A DNA stretch of 63,857 bases, the filler included, from Sluysia triapertura (taxonomy: Eukaryota): NCBI GenBank assembly GCA_046118255.1. It is 4 parts of 4 records of this genome, joined end to end, with 100 filler letters (N's around TTAATTAATTAA, not from the genome) between each part and the next. Parts side by side here need not be neighbours in the genome. Positions count along the whole stretch, not along the records: positions 1 to 19,354 come from JBJNIA010074274.1; 3 more parts are not named here. One strand, given 5' to 3'. Below are positions 1 through 12,618 of this stretch, piece after piece (position 1 is the stretch's first letter; the number at the start of each line of letters is the position of its first letter). The position numbers and the translations under genes are program-made. The notes under the pieces are model-generated. The model was not told the origin of the DNA and searched no databases. It saw nothing but the letters and a program-made list of their open reading frames with translations.

Positions 1-189
1 ATATATATATATATATATATATATAAATTTTTGTTGCATAAGTACCGATAAAATATCACAATTATAAATATCAAAGATATTTTCATTTAAATATCACAAA
101 ACTTAGTATAAATTATGAAAATCTAAATTAACCAATTAACTGCCAAATTTTTCAGTCATGATAATTTTGATGTGGATAATTATCATGAA

Positions 190-1273
190 GTACACAAACA
201 CAAAGCACAAACTGTCTGCTATAAACAATATTGACTGATGTGTATAAAATGACATTAAACTGTCAAATACACATGAAGTTTTCGCACCAAATGGTGTGCA
301 TAAAATTCAAAAAACCCAAATCGAAATCTTTTGTAAAATTAATAAGTTAAGATGTCTTTTCACGTTTTATAAAATATATAATCATTAATATTTAACTGTA
401 TTACACAAAAGAAATTTTGTTTTACGTTTACTTAATTACCTTTACTTAAATGTTAACTGTTTGATATTTTAGCACATAGTACACAATGTTAAATTAATGG
501 GTGACGACCTACCCAAATAATTATAATGCAATATATAAATATTACAGTAATAATGAAATCACTAAAAGGCAATTATTATAATAGAATGATTTATGAAATC
601 ATATATATTTCGCAGAAAAGGGTCACTGATATCATTTAATCAAAATGTATCGACTTTTCTTACACTGAAAAAAGAATCTGTTTCTTCTAATCATCCTAAT
701 ATACCTCCAAGTTTTCGTATAAACAGTTCCTTTCTGAGAATTCATGGATCGAAATTATGTTGGCCTGGATTCATGTGTTACGTTGATATGTCCTTCAAAT
801 CCAGCTTGAATCCGTATTGATAGATAAATAAATGAATGCGGCATATTGTTGACCTTTTTCTTTAGAACTGACACACATTGTTAAAACATGTTTCATTTCA
901 AAATAAATGAACAAGCCCATGATTTATATCAATGGTAAAATAATGACATCAAATCATTCATGTTACTCAACCATTATCATGTGTCAATTTATCATTTTTT
1001 AACTGATTTCTTGTTTTATTTAATTAATAAATATGTGAACTGGAACTATTACTTAAACATTTCGGCAATATTTCTTCATAACCATCGAATTATTGGAAAC
1101 ACTTTCTAAATTTGCATTATCATCGAATTCAGAATAAACACGATAATTCTTCTTTAAAAAATCATTTTGATAATTTATCGTTAGTTTCAGTTAATTTATT
1201 TAAGTCCAAATTGGAATTTCTTCAATTGGTAATTCATTAATTTTCATCTATCGTAAATTGTAATAATTTCATT
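190..1273 (-). pseudogene. Decayed coding-like region, product unknown
   Basis: Minus-strand stretches read as protein-like (e.g. VSVLKKKVNNMPHSFIYLSIRIQAGFEGHINVTHESRPT*FRSMNSQKG...) but are broken by stops and frame changes. A TGATTGACA motif lies upstream near 1390-1398. Confidence 0.35.
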
Positions 1274-1639
1274 TTTTGCTAACTAATTTTTTACTATCCT
1301 TTTATTTTTTGCTATCTAGTAATTGTGACTAAAATTTTTGGTAATTTTCTATTTATTATTTCAATTTTATGCGCACCATTAACACTATTTGTCAATCAAT
1401 AACACGCAAAAATAAAATACAAGATTAATAATGATGGCTTGTTCCAATGAAATGTGAATTGACACTAATGTAACCTATAAACATTTTATGACCAGCTTCA
1501 TAAAAATTTTCTTTGAAAATAGTCACATAGTAGTTTACGTAATTAATAATACTTAGTTTAATTTTACATTATTATTATTTTTATTATAATTTATTAATTT
1601 ATTATAATTTATTAATTAATTTCATATTTTTTGCCTTCT

Positions 1640-2405
1640 TACGCGATCTTACATAATTAGCTTAAAATATTTTCAGGATAATCTGGATTTAACACTTTTA
1701 CAGAACATTTATGGGAAAATTAAATTGCTACTTTTACGTAGTTTAAAACTGAATTATTCTCTTCAGTCAATTGTTTCAAAGTCTGATTAATATTTTAATT
1801 CACTGTCTATTTTATCTACTTTCTTTAACTTATTTTAATTTCTATACTTACATGATCTTACATGAATAGACATACTGTGGAATTATTGAGTGTACAAGTT
1901 GTGACGTAATCAATTGTTATTTGACGATCTTTGAAAATGATTAAGAATAGAAGTTTTGCTGAGAGTTTTGGGGGTTAAAAGATATTTGTTTCATCATTGA
2001 TTCCTTTTGTATACAGCTTTTGGATTTTAAGTATAATCTTTGTATATGTTTATGAATTTGGTGAATTCAGTGAATCTGTTATGTGGGTTTTCTTTGTGAA
2101 ATGGTGTTAATTGGTGATTTAAAACGTGTGCATATGAAGTAAATTGAATGAATTAAGTTGTATAAAATATAAATTGTTTGATTCTGAATATGATCTATAG
2201 AATGAATTTGTTTAGAGTAACATTACTATTGAATGGTTTATTGAATTTATTGATTGTAAATGTTGTGAAATATAGAATATATAAATAACTATTAAATAAT
2301 CTAGGAATTATTTAGATTGAGGATTTTCTTAGCTATGTTTGAGTTCTAGGTTTACTTTTTGATAATTTTCTAATAAAATTAGATGTCATGAATGCAACCA
2401 CCACA
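1640..2405 (-). mobile_element. TGT-headed A/C-skewed dispersed element (diverged copy)
   Basis: Minus strand begins TGTGGTGGTTGCATTC at 2405, has an A/C-rich body, and carries the family 3' motif AAGATCATGTAA (+ strand ttacatgatctta ~1848-1860). Confidence 0.55.
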
Positions 2406-2599
2406 AGATCGTGACAATTAATGGATTAAAATTATGCAAATAATATTATGATTTATTAAAATTAAAAATATTGTAAAAAAATATCACAGTAGTTTGAAAA
2501 GCATCTTAAAATGTTCTAAAATCCAAAAATAAATGACAGAAAGCAAAAACCCATTGATGTTGAATCACTAGACTTAATTAGGAAGTCGAAAAGTTACGG

Positions 2600-3100
2600 A
2601 TAAGACGACAACAGAAACGAAGAACCGATGATTAACAAATGAAAATTGGCACAACATTTTTCGATTTTACTATAATCATTATATGTTATTCTAACATAAT
2701 CACTTGTTTTATTGTAATACGGCAGCTAGAACGAATTAAAATTAATAAGAAAATAATTAAAATAAATGTGAAGAATCGTCACAGAAACAGCATTGTATTA
2801 GTAAATAATTATGTTACAACAATGGAAATATTCAATAAATTGAGAATAATTTGAGAAGCAACAAATTATTATACAGAAGACGCACATTCATGTTAGTTAT
2901 AATAAAATTATATTAGAAGAAGAAACTATTGCAGTGAATATTGGCTATAATGTATAATAAACTGGGAAGTAATAAAGCAAGAAAAATTTTAATATAAATA
3001 GATATATAACCACAGAACAAAATTTTTCACAAAAAAAGGAATAAAATGGAACTACTATCAGAAATATAAAACGAATATCAGCAATAACATTGATTGTAGA
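2600..3100 (+). mobile_element. Possible degenerate Penelope-like GIY-YIG remnant
   Basis: Fragments RQLERIKINKKIIKINVKNRHRNSIVLVNNY and IINWEVIKQEK loosely resemble the PLE endonuclease C-terminus; many stops. Confidence 0.25.
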
Positions 3101-4429
3101 ACTTTATTGAATCGAGGAAAGTAAAACCACTGAACAAATTCTGACAATAACCAAAGGTTGGTTATTTTGTAAGGTTTTAAGAATTTCATCTTTGGAAATA
3201 AAAATTCCTTAACGTAAAGTAAGATAAATGTGGGTAATTATAATCTTGTAATTTGATTTGTTTTTTTAAAGAAAATGAAGTTTAATTAAGGTTTATTAAT
3301 AGCTTCTATTCTTATACTTTCATAGATCGATCACATACTTTAATTTCAAATTCTTTTTGTTCTCATAGATTTTGAGTTCGAACCATCTGCACTGATAAAA
3401 GTAAAAGCTAATATGTTCCCAATAAATTATATTGCTATAACAAAAATGATAAAATATACTTACACGAAACGAAGGTTAACTAATGAAATGTTAATCTTGT
3501 TAAAATTCAACAAAATACTGCTTTAAAATTGTATTACTAAGATATTAGAGTTTAATTTTTCAAAACAAGTAACCGTAAGATGGATTTATAACAATCGTAA
3601 TTTTTTCAAATAACTTATCGATACTTCAATAATATGCTCCTTCATTTATTTTTACTACTAAAATCAATGTGATATCAACCTATTTATACTAAATTCCATT
3701 CATTGTTTCAGTTACTAATGATATTTCGATTTACATAATTCTATTGCTATAATTTCTATAATTAATTTAATTTCTCTATTATATGCTTTACAGATAACAT
3801 GATAACTCTACTATATTTTATCCGGTTATAGTATTTTCTTATATATAATGTTTCCATAGTAAATTAATAACTTATTCTCCTACGTTTCGTGGTGATTTAT
3901 AGTATCAGTTACATTTTATGTTTCTGTGCTTAATTATTATTTTAGTAAATTAATATTTTTCATATTCTAACACATAATAATATGACCAATATTAATCAAA
4001 TTAATTTTTTCTATAATATTAGTTTAGTCATATTTATAAGCAAAATTTAATGGTTACATATTAGTTTGTATTTGTTTGCGCTTGTTAGTATTCGTTTGTC
4101 ATAACTGTTTTACTAAAATCATGTGCTTTTTGTTTAATCCGTATTCTTTTCTATTTGCTTATAAAGTATAAAAAGTTTCATACATTTTGTTTGTGTTTAC
4201 CATTACTTACTTTTTAAATTAGCTGCATTTTTAAGTTATTAAATGCATTTTCAAAACTGTTAATAAATAATCGTCTTACTTATTTTTTTTAATAGCAATT
4301 TTACAGGGTTTTAACCCTTATTTCGAATTTTTAAAAATTATTTATAATAATCATTGTATTTATAATATAAAAATATATTATGATATAAAATTTAATCAAT
4401 AATAATTTCACCTCTACAGCTTAATATAT

Positions 4430-5420
4430 ATGATACCATATTCATGTAATATCCATTTCAGTCAATCTCCGATATTAAATCACGCACTCTTTATTTAGAG
4501 TCTATCGATTCTGTTTCATTATTCTGTTTTCTCCTTTTTACTAATTCCTTCCATTACTAAAAGCATTATAAATGGGATTTGAAAATGGAGAATAATGAAA
4601 TAAATAATCAAACTCAACATTTATCGCTCTTAACAAAGCCTTTATCTCTAGAGTTTTGTGAAATCTCACATTATCCATTTTTTCGCTATTTTTCTTTAAT
4701 TTTATCGATCAAGTTACTAAGGAATTGAATGGAGGACAAAATTTTGGATATGTAATGCAAGATTTCAGATTAGGAAATTGTACAGCATACCTATACATTT
4801 CTCGACTTGATATGTAACAGATATAACCGCAGACGGACCAACTGCCTATCTTCATCTTGATATCTTCATTGAAACATTGAACCCAGTCTCATCGATAAAT
4901 GTAAGGTTCGAAGAATGTATTTCTGTTTGATACTGCAAAACCTTCTTGCATAAGCCATTCTCATCAATATTTTCTATAGTGTTTCTGCGCTCTGGAATTA
5001 GTGAAACTCTTTTTAGTGAATAATTGAAGCCTCTAATGTATTTAGCAATTGTAGTTGCAGAAACAACGATAATAAAAGCTTCTTCACATTTATCAACTAA
5101 ATCTCTCCAAAATATGGTAAGATCTTGATCAATCCCGTCTTTCATTATGTTTATCTGGTCTTCATTTAGTTTTGGCAACACTCTGCCAACTTTAGGACCA
5201 GCTTTGGTATCCCAGGTTTTAATATAAGAATTCACAATTGAATAAACCGTTGATAATTTTCCATGCATTATACTTAAAATTTACTTTTTCATTCCGGAAA
5301 TATGGGGTAATATACACCTTATAAACTTCCAAAAATAGTATTTGAGTTTTAAAAATATTTATAAAGTTCCAAATAAAGGTTTGTAAATTCGAAACAAGGG
5401 TTGCCATATTATCAATAAAG
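4430..5420 (-). mobile_element. Degenerate Tc1/IS630-like DDE transposase
   Basis: ORF 4852-5268 has HTH/winged-helix-like VSATTIAKYIRGFNYSLKRVSLIPERRN and the first catalytic motif FIDETGFN. Downstream frameshifted DNVRFHK and YSPFSNPI motifs lie at ~4570-4680. Confidence 0.85.
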
Positions 5421-6121
5421 AACTACTTTTGAACCTTTACTTGAATCAATATAAGTTTGTTCAAAATAAGTTTGAATCAAAATAAGATACTTTTATTGTT
5501 CTCAAATCTAACTCAAATTCTTATATACTTTTGTTGTTGCAGAGAGTCTTGTCGAAGTTTGATACTAAATTTAAAGCATATTAATATCTTGTAAGAAATT
5601 AAAACAAAATTAAACTAAGTAATTTTCGTGTTTTGTATTTATAATGTATAAATATTTTTTCTAATTTTTGTATACCTTTGACCTAAGTTATCAACTATGC
5701 ATTAAGATAAGTATTGTAGATATTAATTATATCTATAAGTAAGATTACACAAAAATAAGCCATTACATATAAATTTTATGCACATTCATTGCAAATAGAT
5801 GATAGTAATAATATTATTAATATTAATATTAATATATTAATTTATATTGCGCTAAGATCTGTCATAAAATAGTTAAACACGCTTAAATCATTTGTCTTAA
5901 TACTTCCGACATGCACAACTTTCTCATTATCTTAAATATTAAATTAATTTTTCAATAATTTAACCTTAATGTCATAATTTTTTGAAACATAAACGGCATA
6001 TAACCTATCACTTAGCTTGTAATCTCTATAAATTATTATATCTTAATGACATGAATTTTAGTTTACGAATTTTTTATTATGAGCAAAAGATTCAGAACTT
6101 CCATAATATAAGCATTTATAG

Positions 6122-6122
<1 letters not shown>

Positions 6123-6168
<46 letters not shown>

Positions 6169-6170
6169 CA
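6123..6170. repeat. (TTA)n microsatellite
   Basis: Perfect ATT/TTA run; source of the poly-Leu in spurious ORF 5982-6173. Confidence 0.95.
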
Positions 6171-6687
6171 TAATTTTGAAATCTACTCTTGCTTATATTG
6201 GCAACCAATGTAATTCTTTAAGATAGATGTTATGTGAGATATTTTTACTTGGAATGTACCATGTACCATTGAATTAATAAACTAAGCAATAAATTTCGAA
6301 TATTTGATTTTTTTCCGTAATTTTAGTTCTTCTTCTGGCATCTTACCACTTACAATTACTTTTGCTTAATTTATTTTAGAATTTTTATTACTGAAGATTA
6401 TTTATTTTCAAATATAATTAAATATCAAATATCATGACACATTTTTATTGTGCTAATCAATAAAGAAAGAACCAGTCATGTGAGATGGTTCAGAGGTACA
6501 TTTCAATTTTTATTTTCTGATTATTAACATATAAGATAAAATAGATTTAAAATATTACAAATTATCATCACATTGTAGAATGCCACATTATCGCACATTA
6601 TTGTCATTGAAAAAATTAATTTATATTTTTAAATTTCATGTTATTTCTCAATTCATTTATACATTTTTATTATAAGATTTATTTCAG

Positions 6688-7093
6688 TGGCACTCATCAC
6701 AAGAAGAAAGAATGCAATCCTTATATATTAATTTATAAAATTCGAAAGATGCTATTGGAAAATCGACTGTATCTGTATCCGAAAGATGTTGTGTCAACTG
6801 GTAATATAATTACTCGTGCCAAAACCATGAAACCAAATGGTGGCTGGGGTGATTTGCGTGATAAACGATTATGCTTAAAATTATTTACTGATGCCAATTA
6901 TCTCGATAAAGTAATTACAAAAATACTAAGGTCATCATTCGTTAATAGTACAAATTTCAAATTAGAATATAATCAATATCAAAATAATTCGTATTCCTAT
7001 TGGACTACGAATAACAAACCTAGCATTTATTTTGATAATCATTATTACCATGTATCAAATTTAACGATTTTAGAATATTTTCTTTTTATATGA
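6688..7093 (+). CDS. MGAT2: 3' exon of N-acetylglucosaminyltransferase II (GnT-II)
   Basis: After acceptor tttcag|: GTHHKKKEC...LLENRLYLYP...KPNGGWGDLRDKRLC matches the MGAT2 C-terminal signature (CGMHHKKTC...NKQYMFP...KNGGWGDIRDHELC). Upstream exons not recognised in the window. Confidence 0.85.
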
Positions 7094-8097
7094 CCTCCCG
7101 TTTAGCTCGGGTTCGTAAAAATATTATTACTATTATTATTATTATTATTTTGGAGTAATTAATTTTAATTTAATTTTAATAATTAAAATTTGAAATATTG
7201 AAATTAATTTTACTGACTCTAATAGTAATATTAAATAAAACCAAATTAATGTACCATTGTAAATAAATCACATGATCATTTTTCAATACTTAGTTTTCAA
7301 TCTTACTCAAACTTTATCTATGTACTAGCATGTTATTAACACTTTCAGTATTATTTTGTGTATAACCTTTGAAAACTCTACAATTAATAATGAATGTATA
7401 TCAATGCAATATCTGACAGTGGACGGCAAATGTTTATAATAGGGTTTTATTATGAGATTGTAACATTTTCGATTAAATTAAATTTAATTAAAATTTAAAT
7501 TTAAAACCTTTTTGAAAATGTCCTCAAAAGAAATTTATTGATTTATTCAAAACAAAATTTCATACATATAGCTTTAATACATTTATTTTTATTATTTCGA
7601 TTTCTAGTGTTTAGTGTATATTATTAGTAAAATTTTTATGTATTTTACATTCTATATACAAATTTTAATGTTTTTTTGCAAAGAATTTTTGTTTTAATCG
7701 ATCTAATTACATAAGTTGATACAAAAATTGACAATTTTAAATGAATATTTTAATCTTCAATTGTTTATTTATTTAATAAATTATTTACACTAAAATCTAA
7801 TTTATCGTGTCCAATTTAAATAATACAACAAAAATTTAAACTTTGTTGACAATTTGTTTTTATGAGAACAGACAGAAATAAAGCATAGTTTCATCTTCAA
7901 ATATTATTAAAATTTAATTCTTTTTTGATATTACAGATTTCTTTAAGAGATATTGTTTCCTAATCAGAGTATTTGTTACGTTATATTTTCACATTGAATA
8001 AGTTCACAAGAATCATTTAAAATAATTTGTGTGTATGTTTTACAATAATAATGACAAATATTCAAATGTCACTTTTTAAAAATATTCATCAAAATAA

Positions 8098-8442
8098 TAC
8101 AAATGATTCATATTTAATTTAATTATTTATTTATAGTACAAATTTCGAATTAACTGCAAAATTGTATGAAACTAATTTCATAATGGCGATTCTCATTAAA
8201 CTAATGCTAGTTTATGTACTAGCCAACAGCCAATTAGAATCGATGGAATGTTCTAGAACATTTTATAAGCTTCTATTCTATTTTTAGAAACGAATTCACT
8301 TTGTTTCGATAAATAATTTATTTTTTAGAAAATAAGATTTTAAAATGATTTTAAATAAATTTAAAGTGTTATTATGACATGTTAAAACTGAAAAAAAATA
8401 TTACAAATGATTCATATTTAATTTAATTATTTATTTATAGTA
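8098..8442. repeat. 41-bp perfect direct repeat pair (8098-8138, 8402-8442)
   Basis: tacaaatgattcatatttaatttaattatttatttatagta occurs twice, flanking the HSE module. Confidence 0.85.
8185..8290 (-). promoter_or_regulatory. HSE + CCAAT + TATA-like module, copy 1
   Basis: gGAAtgTTCtaGAAc (three inverted nGAAn units) at 8245-8259; the minus strand aligns with 27950-28035. Confidence 0.55.
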
Positions 8443-10402
8443 TGAATTTTATCTTGTCATCAAAATTGAAAAATCTTTATTGAAATAGTGAGTTTATTAA
8501 TGAAAGCAAATTAGAAATTGTTCATGTTTTTGTTTATTTTTGGAAAATTTGCAATAATATCATAGATAAATTTTCTTCTACTGCAGGAAATTAAATGATA
8601 ATAAAAATTAAATAATTAGGCAACGCGTTTGTAAGCAACTATAGATCAATTAAAGTTAAAGAAAATTGTTTTCTAGATTTGTTGTGCACTCAAGATATAT
8701 GGCTTACGACTGAGTTCAGCTGTGAAAAAGTGAATTTTTACTTGGCTCGAGTGATATTATTAGAACAATTATGGAAAATTTTATAGCCATGTGTAAGACT
8801 TTTTACATTTGTATTTATTTTCTATGAATCAATATTAAATCAATATTTGTTAGAGTTAAATTTGTTTTTTTTGAATAAAACCGAAATGAAATATTTATAA
8901 AATAATCATCAAAAGAAGAAAATTAAAAGATAGAACATAATAAAATAAATGAAACAATAATTTTAAAATAGTCAATTTAAAAAAACAACATAGAAAATAT
9001 TCAATAATTGCAAATAATTGTATTTTCATTAAACATTGATTATAATAAAAAAAACAAAGTGTAATAAAACGATTACATATTTTATTTACATGAAACATTT
9101 TTATTAATAAATAAATTACTAATAAAATATGTTTTGCATAACTTTACATAATTTATTATCACAAACGAATACGTACGTGTCAATGTAATAATTTGAAACT
9201 ATTTAAAAATCTAAAATATATATATTGTGGAATTTAGACTTGTTATAATAATAATAATAAAAATAATAATAATAATAATAAATTGTATAATTTTTATATA
9301 ATTTTAATATTTTATCTTGCTACATATGTATTGGAATTTTATTATTATTACTATTATTAATATCGGTCATGTTAAATACTGGTATTTTATGTTGTTAATT
9401 GTAATCAGGCAAACAAACAATTCGTTAATACATCATTTAATTTTAAATAGTAAATATAAAATTTTAAAAAACTAAAAAAAATTATTAGATATATTTTAAT
9501 TTTTTAACAATATAATAGCAACTATGCAAAGAAAATGTTTGTTTGATATTTTTGTGCAACAAAACTCATTTTTATATTTGTCTGGTACATTTTAATGTTT
9601 TAGAAATTATAAAACTTTATTTTCGAATGTAACATAATCAGTTACATTCGAGATGCTGAAACTCATCTATCTACATAAATGTGTCCAATATATTTGTAGT
9701 ATATTAACTTAAAAGTCCTATTAAATGTCAAACTAATTGTGCATGTATGCGTTGTGTGACGTAATAATATTGTATTGTATCGCTTCTATTAATAAACTAG
9801 AAATCTTTATATATCTGTAATATCGTTTAATAATTTACTGTAAGATTCTTAAAACTAAAGCTTACAAGTATATTTTTAAATAAACAAAAATCTAATAAAA
9901 TATCAGATAAATTTAGTTAGAAAAAAGTTAAACACATAAGCTTTTTGCTTTTGTAAATGAAATTAAATTAGTTTTTAACTTTATTAATAAAAAAATTACA
10001 AATAAACTTAATAATTTTATAAGAATTATAAATGCACAATCCGTTATATTACTGCTGTTATTTTATCAAAATGATTTCTGTCAATAATAGGCATGTCCGA
10101 ACAAAAAAGCTCACTTCGTCTTTGATGTAAATATTAGTATCCAAATAAAAAAACCCATAAGTCTACAACTGGTACAATTTTTAGTTATTTGTTTTTATCA
10201 TTCGTACCATAACAATTCCCTCGAAATTGGTCCTTTTGAAGAAGATATTATATTTGTGTCGTTTAATAATCGTCTATTTTGATTTTTTTTATTATTTTGA
10301 AGTTTAATAAAATGTTTAATAAATACTTATTTTTTATTTGTTATTATTTTATGTTGAGTTACAGGCCTAGTGATAGTATAATTGACTCTAATAATCTAAA
10401 AT

Positions 10403-10495
10403 TGTTAGATGGGGCTGATAGTTTAGTGGTCAGTGCATCGAACTGAACATCTGTAAGGTAAGAGAGCCTAAGTTCGAATCCCGATCAGTCCATTT
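10403..10495 (+). mobile_element. tRNA-derived short element, copy 1 (3' inverted end lost)
   Basis: TGTTAGAT, then GGGGCTGATAGTTTAGTGG (A box) ... GTTCGAATCCC (B box), GATCAGTCCATTT. Confidence 0.75.
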
Positions 10496-10593
10496 GCGAT
10501 AAACCTCATGTAACGCGAAAATTTACCCTCTAAAACACGTTAATGAAACTTAAATGTATTATTTTTAATTTTTTGTTGTAAAACTCTTTTAAG

Positions 10594-10687
10594 GTGATTG
10601 TTACGTACCGCGTTATGCAGGAGTCCAAATATAACATGAATTACTATAACGCGGTTTGTAATTGTGTTATGCGGGATTCAGTGTATA
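10594..10687. mobile_element. Pogo/Tigger-like MITE end
   Basis: Repeated CCGCGTTAT/ATAACGCGG subterminal motifs ending GTTATGCGGGATTCAGTGTA. Confidence 0.4.
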
Positions 10688-10990
10688 TACTGTTTTCTAT
10701 TATTAACTTACGGCAAAATAAATTTACCATGGTTTGGCTAAAGTACATGTCTCGAAACGTGCATAGTTTAACGTTAGTTTAATTCGTTAACTTTATAATG
10801 TTCATTCTCAGTTATAACAATTTAATTAATTCAATAATTTGTCAGTTGTCCACAATAAACGTTAACTCTGAACTTGTATTAATTCGTAAATTTGCAACTT
10901 GTTAATTCAGATATAATATATAGAAATGAAAACCGCTCGAAAATACATAATTAGTCAAGAAGAACTTTCTGGTATTGTGGTTTCAAAATT

Positions 10991-11030
10991 CTTATACAAT
11001 TTTAGTCTCACGTAAGGGCTAAGTTGTAAG
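10991..11030. repeat. Imperfect palindromic element, copy 1 (copy 2 at 12577-12618)
   Basis: An identical 18-mer TAAGGGCTAAGTTGTAAG in both copies is preceded by a degenerate reverse complement (CTTACAAACTTAGTCTTA in copy 2). Confidence 0.7.
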
Positions 11031-12576
11031 TAGCAAACAAAAGAAGTAGTAATTGGAGGTAAATAATGATTTTAAATGTTAACTATTTTATGCAAAATAA
11101 AATCGACCCTTTCCTTGAAATTAAAATAACTAATTAGAATTTAATAGATAAAAATTCACGTAGGAATTTAGAAAATCGTGAATTTTTAAATCGTCTTTTA
11201 ATATTTTATAACCAAGTAATGTTTTCTAAGCAACTAAATCTCTTTACGAAGTAATGGAGTCGTATGGGTGACATTGTAAAATAAATGATAGGTTACGTAG
11301 TATTTTATTACCGTATTATAAAAACGGCAACTTAAAATTATTAATCGTTCTTTAATGCGTTTTACAACCGTTTCTAAAAAAACAGTATATCCTATAATAA
11401 CATAATAATACAAAAATAACAACTTTAATGTATGTTACAAAAAACAAAATAAAGCAAAATATGATTATAACAATAATTACAAATATTAATATTGTTAGAT
11501 TAATTTATAATCTTTTTAAATGTATTTTATAAAAATTTTTCCTACTCAGTTAAACAGAGTAAATATGATTATAAATAGATTTTAAAATAGAATTGTCCTA
11601 TAAAATTTGACTAACGACTATATGTAAGCAATTAATGTGATAAATCCTTTTGTGATGAAACTAAAAAAATCCTTGAGAACAATTAACTGGAGCCCAAATA
11701 AAAAATCACTGGAATATTATACAAAATAATATTTTTAAAATTTTGTATTTCAAGTCTGAAAAAGTGTAAAAATAGCGTAGCTTTATGTAGTTATTTGAAT
11801 GACCTTGAAAGGATTTTTTAATAAGTTTATATAATTTAGAATTAATTTTATTTTATTAATTTTTTAATTTAATTTTATTATATTAATTTTTATAACAACA
11901 ACAATAATAATAATATTAGTGAAAATGTTATTTGATAAAATTTGGTAATAATAAACTTCGATTACAAACTTTAATAAACTTGATTGATGTTAAAATTTAG
12001 TAATAATAATCTTTGTTGATGTTGACCTTTGACAGAATATTTAATTTAATGCTTGATTTTAATTACAAAAAAATTTCCCTCAGTAGATCGAGACAAAAAC
12101 TAATTTACAAAAATATTTTACGTAAAAATTTATTATATTTATCTTCTCTAGGAAGGTAAAACTCCTTACAAAAATAACTTACCGCACTTAGGGAAATAAA
12201 AAATTAATAGAATAAATTAATAGTCCACTGTTAATGTTAAAGATACTCGGATAGAATGGCTAAAAATTGATACCAAATGAAATTGAAACGATTGCAGAAA
12301 TAAAATAATTAAAACAAATTAAAATCAAGAGATAAGCAAATATCAATATTTTAAAATAATTTTAAGTAATCTTTTAATAATATCTAGAAAATAAATAATT
12401 GATTTTCAAATTATGCATGATAAAAACTTGTTTTAATTTGAAAATTCATTTGGTATAAATAAATGAGAAAGAAAACTTACAATTCAATAATCCAGTCATA
12501 ATTTTTCGATTTGTTATGTTGCTAATGTGTGTTAGTTTTTTGTTGATTTTCTTACTTTTACTTATGCTGTGAGTTC

Positions 12577-12618
12577 CTTACAAACTTAGTCTTACTCACT
12601 TAAGGGCTAAGTTGTAAG
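12577..12618. repeat. Imperfect palindromic element, copy 2
   Basis: CTTACAAACTTAGTCTTA-ctcact-TAAGGGCTAAGTTGTAAG. Confidence 0.7.

Noticed and set aside
190-1000. piggyBac transposase C-terminus
   Set aside because: Only a vague Cys pattern; the better-open frame shows no piggyBac motifs.
3870-3910. Hammerhead ribozyme-like cores (also ~10738-10760, 16880-16896, 33533-33553)
   Set aside because: None has both an intact CTGANGA and GAAA with supporting stems.
5982-6173. Short ORFs rich in I/L/F/Y/N/K (e.g. 5982, 8895, 11234, 28271, 32797, 41250, 51514, 59222)
   Set aside because: Composition reflects AT-rich or microsatellite DNA, or antisense shadows of other features.
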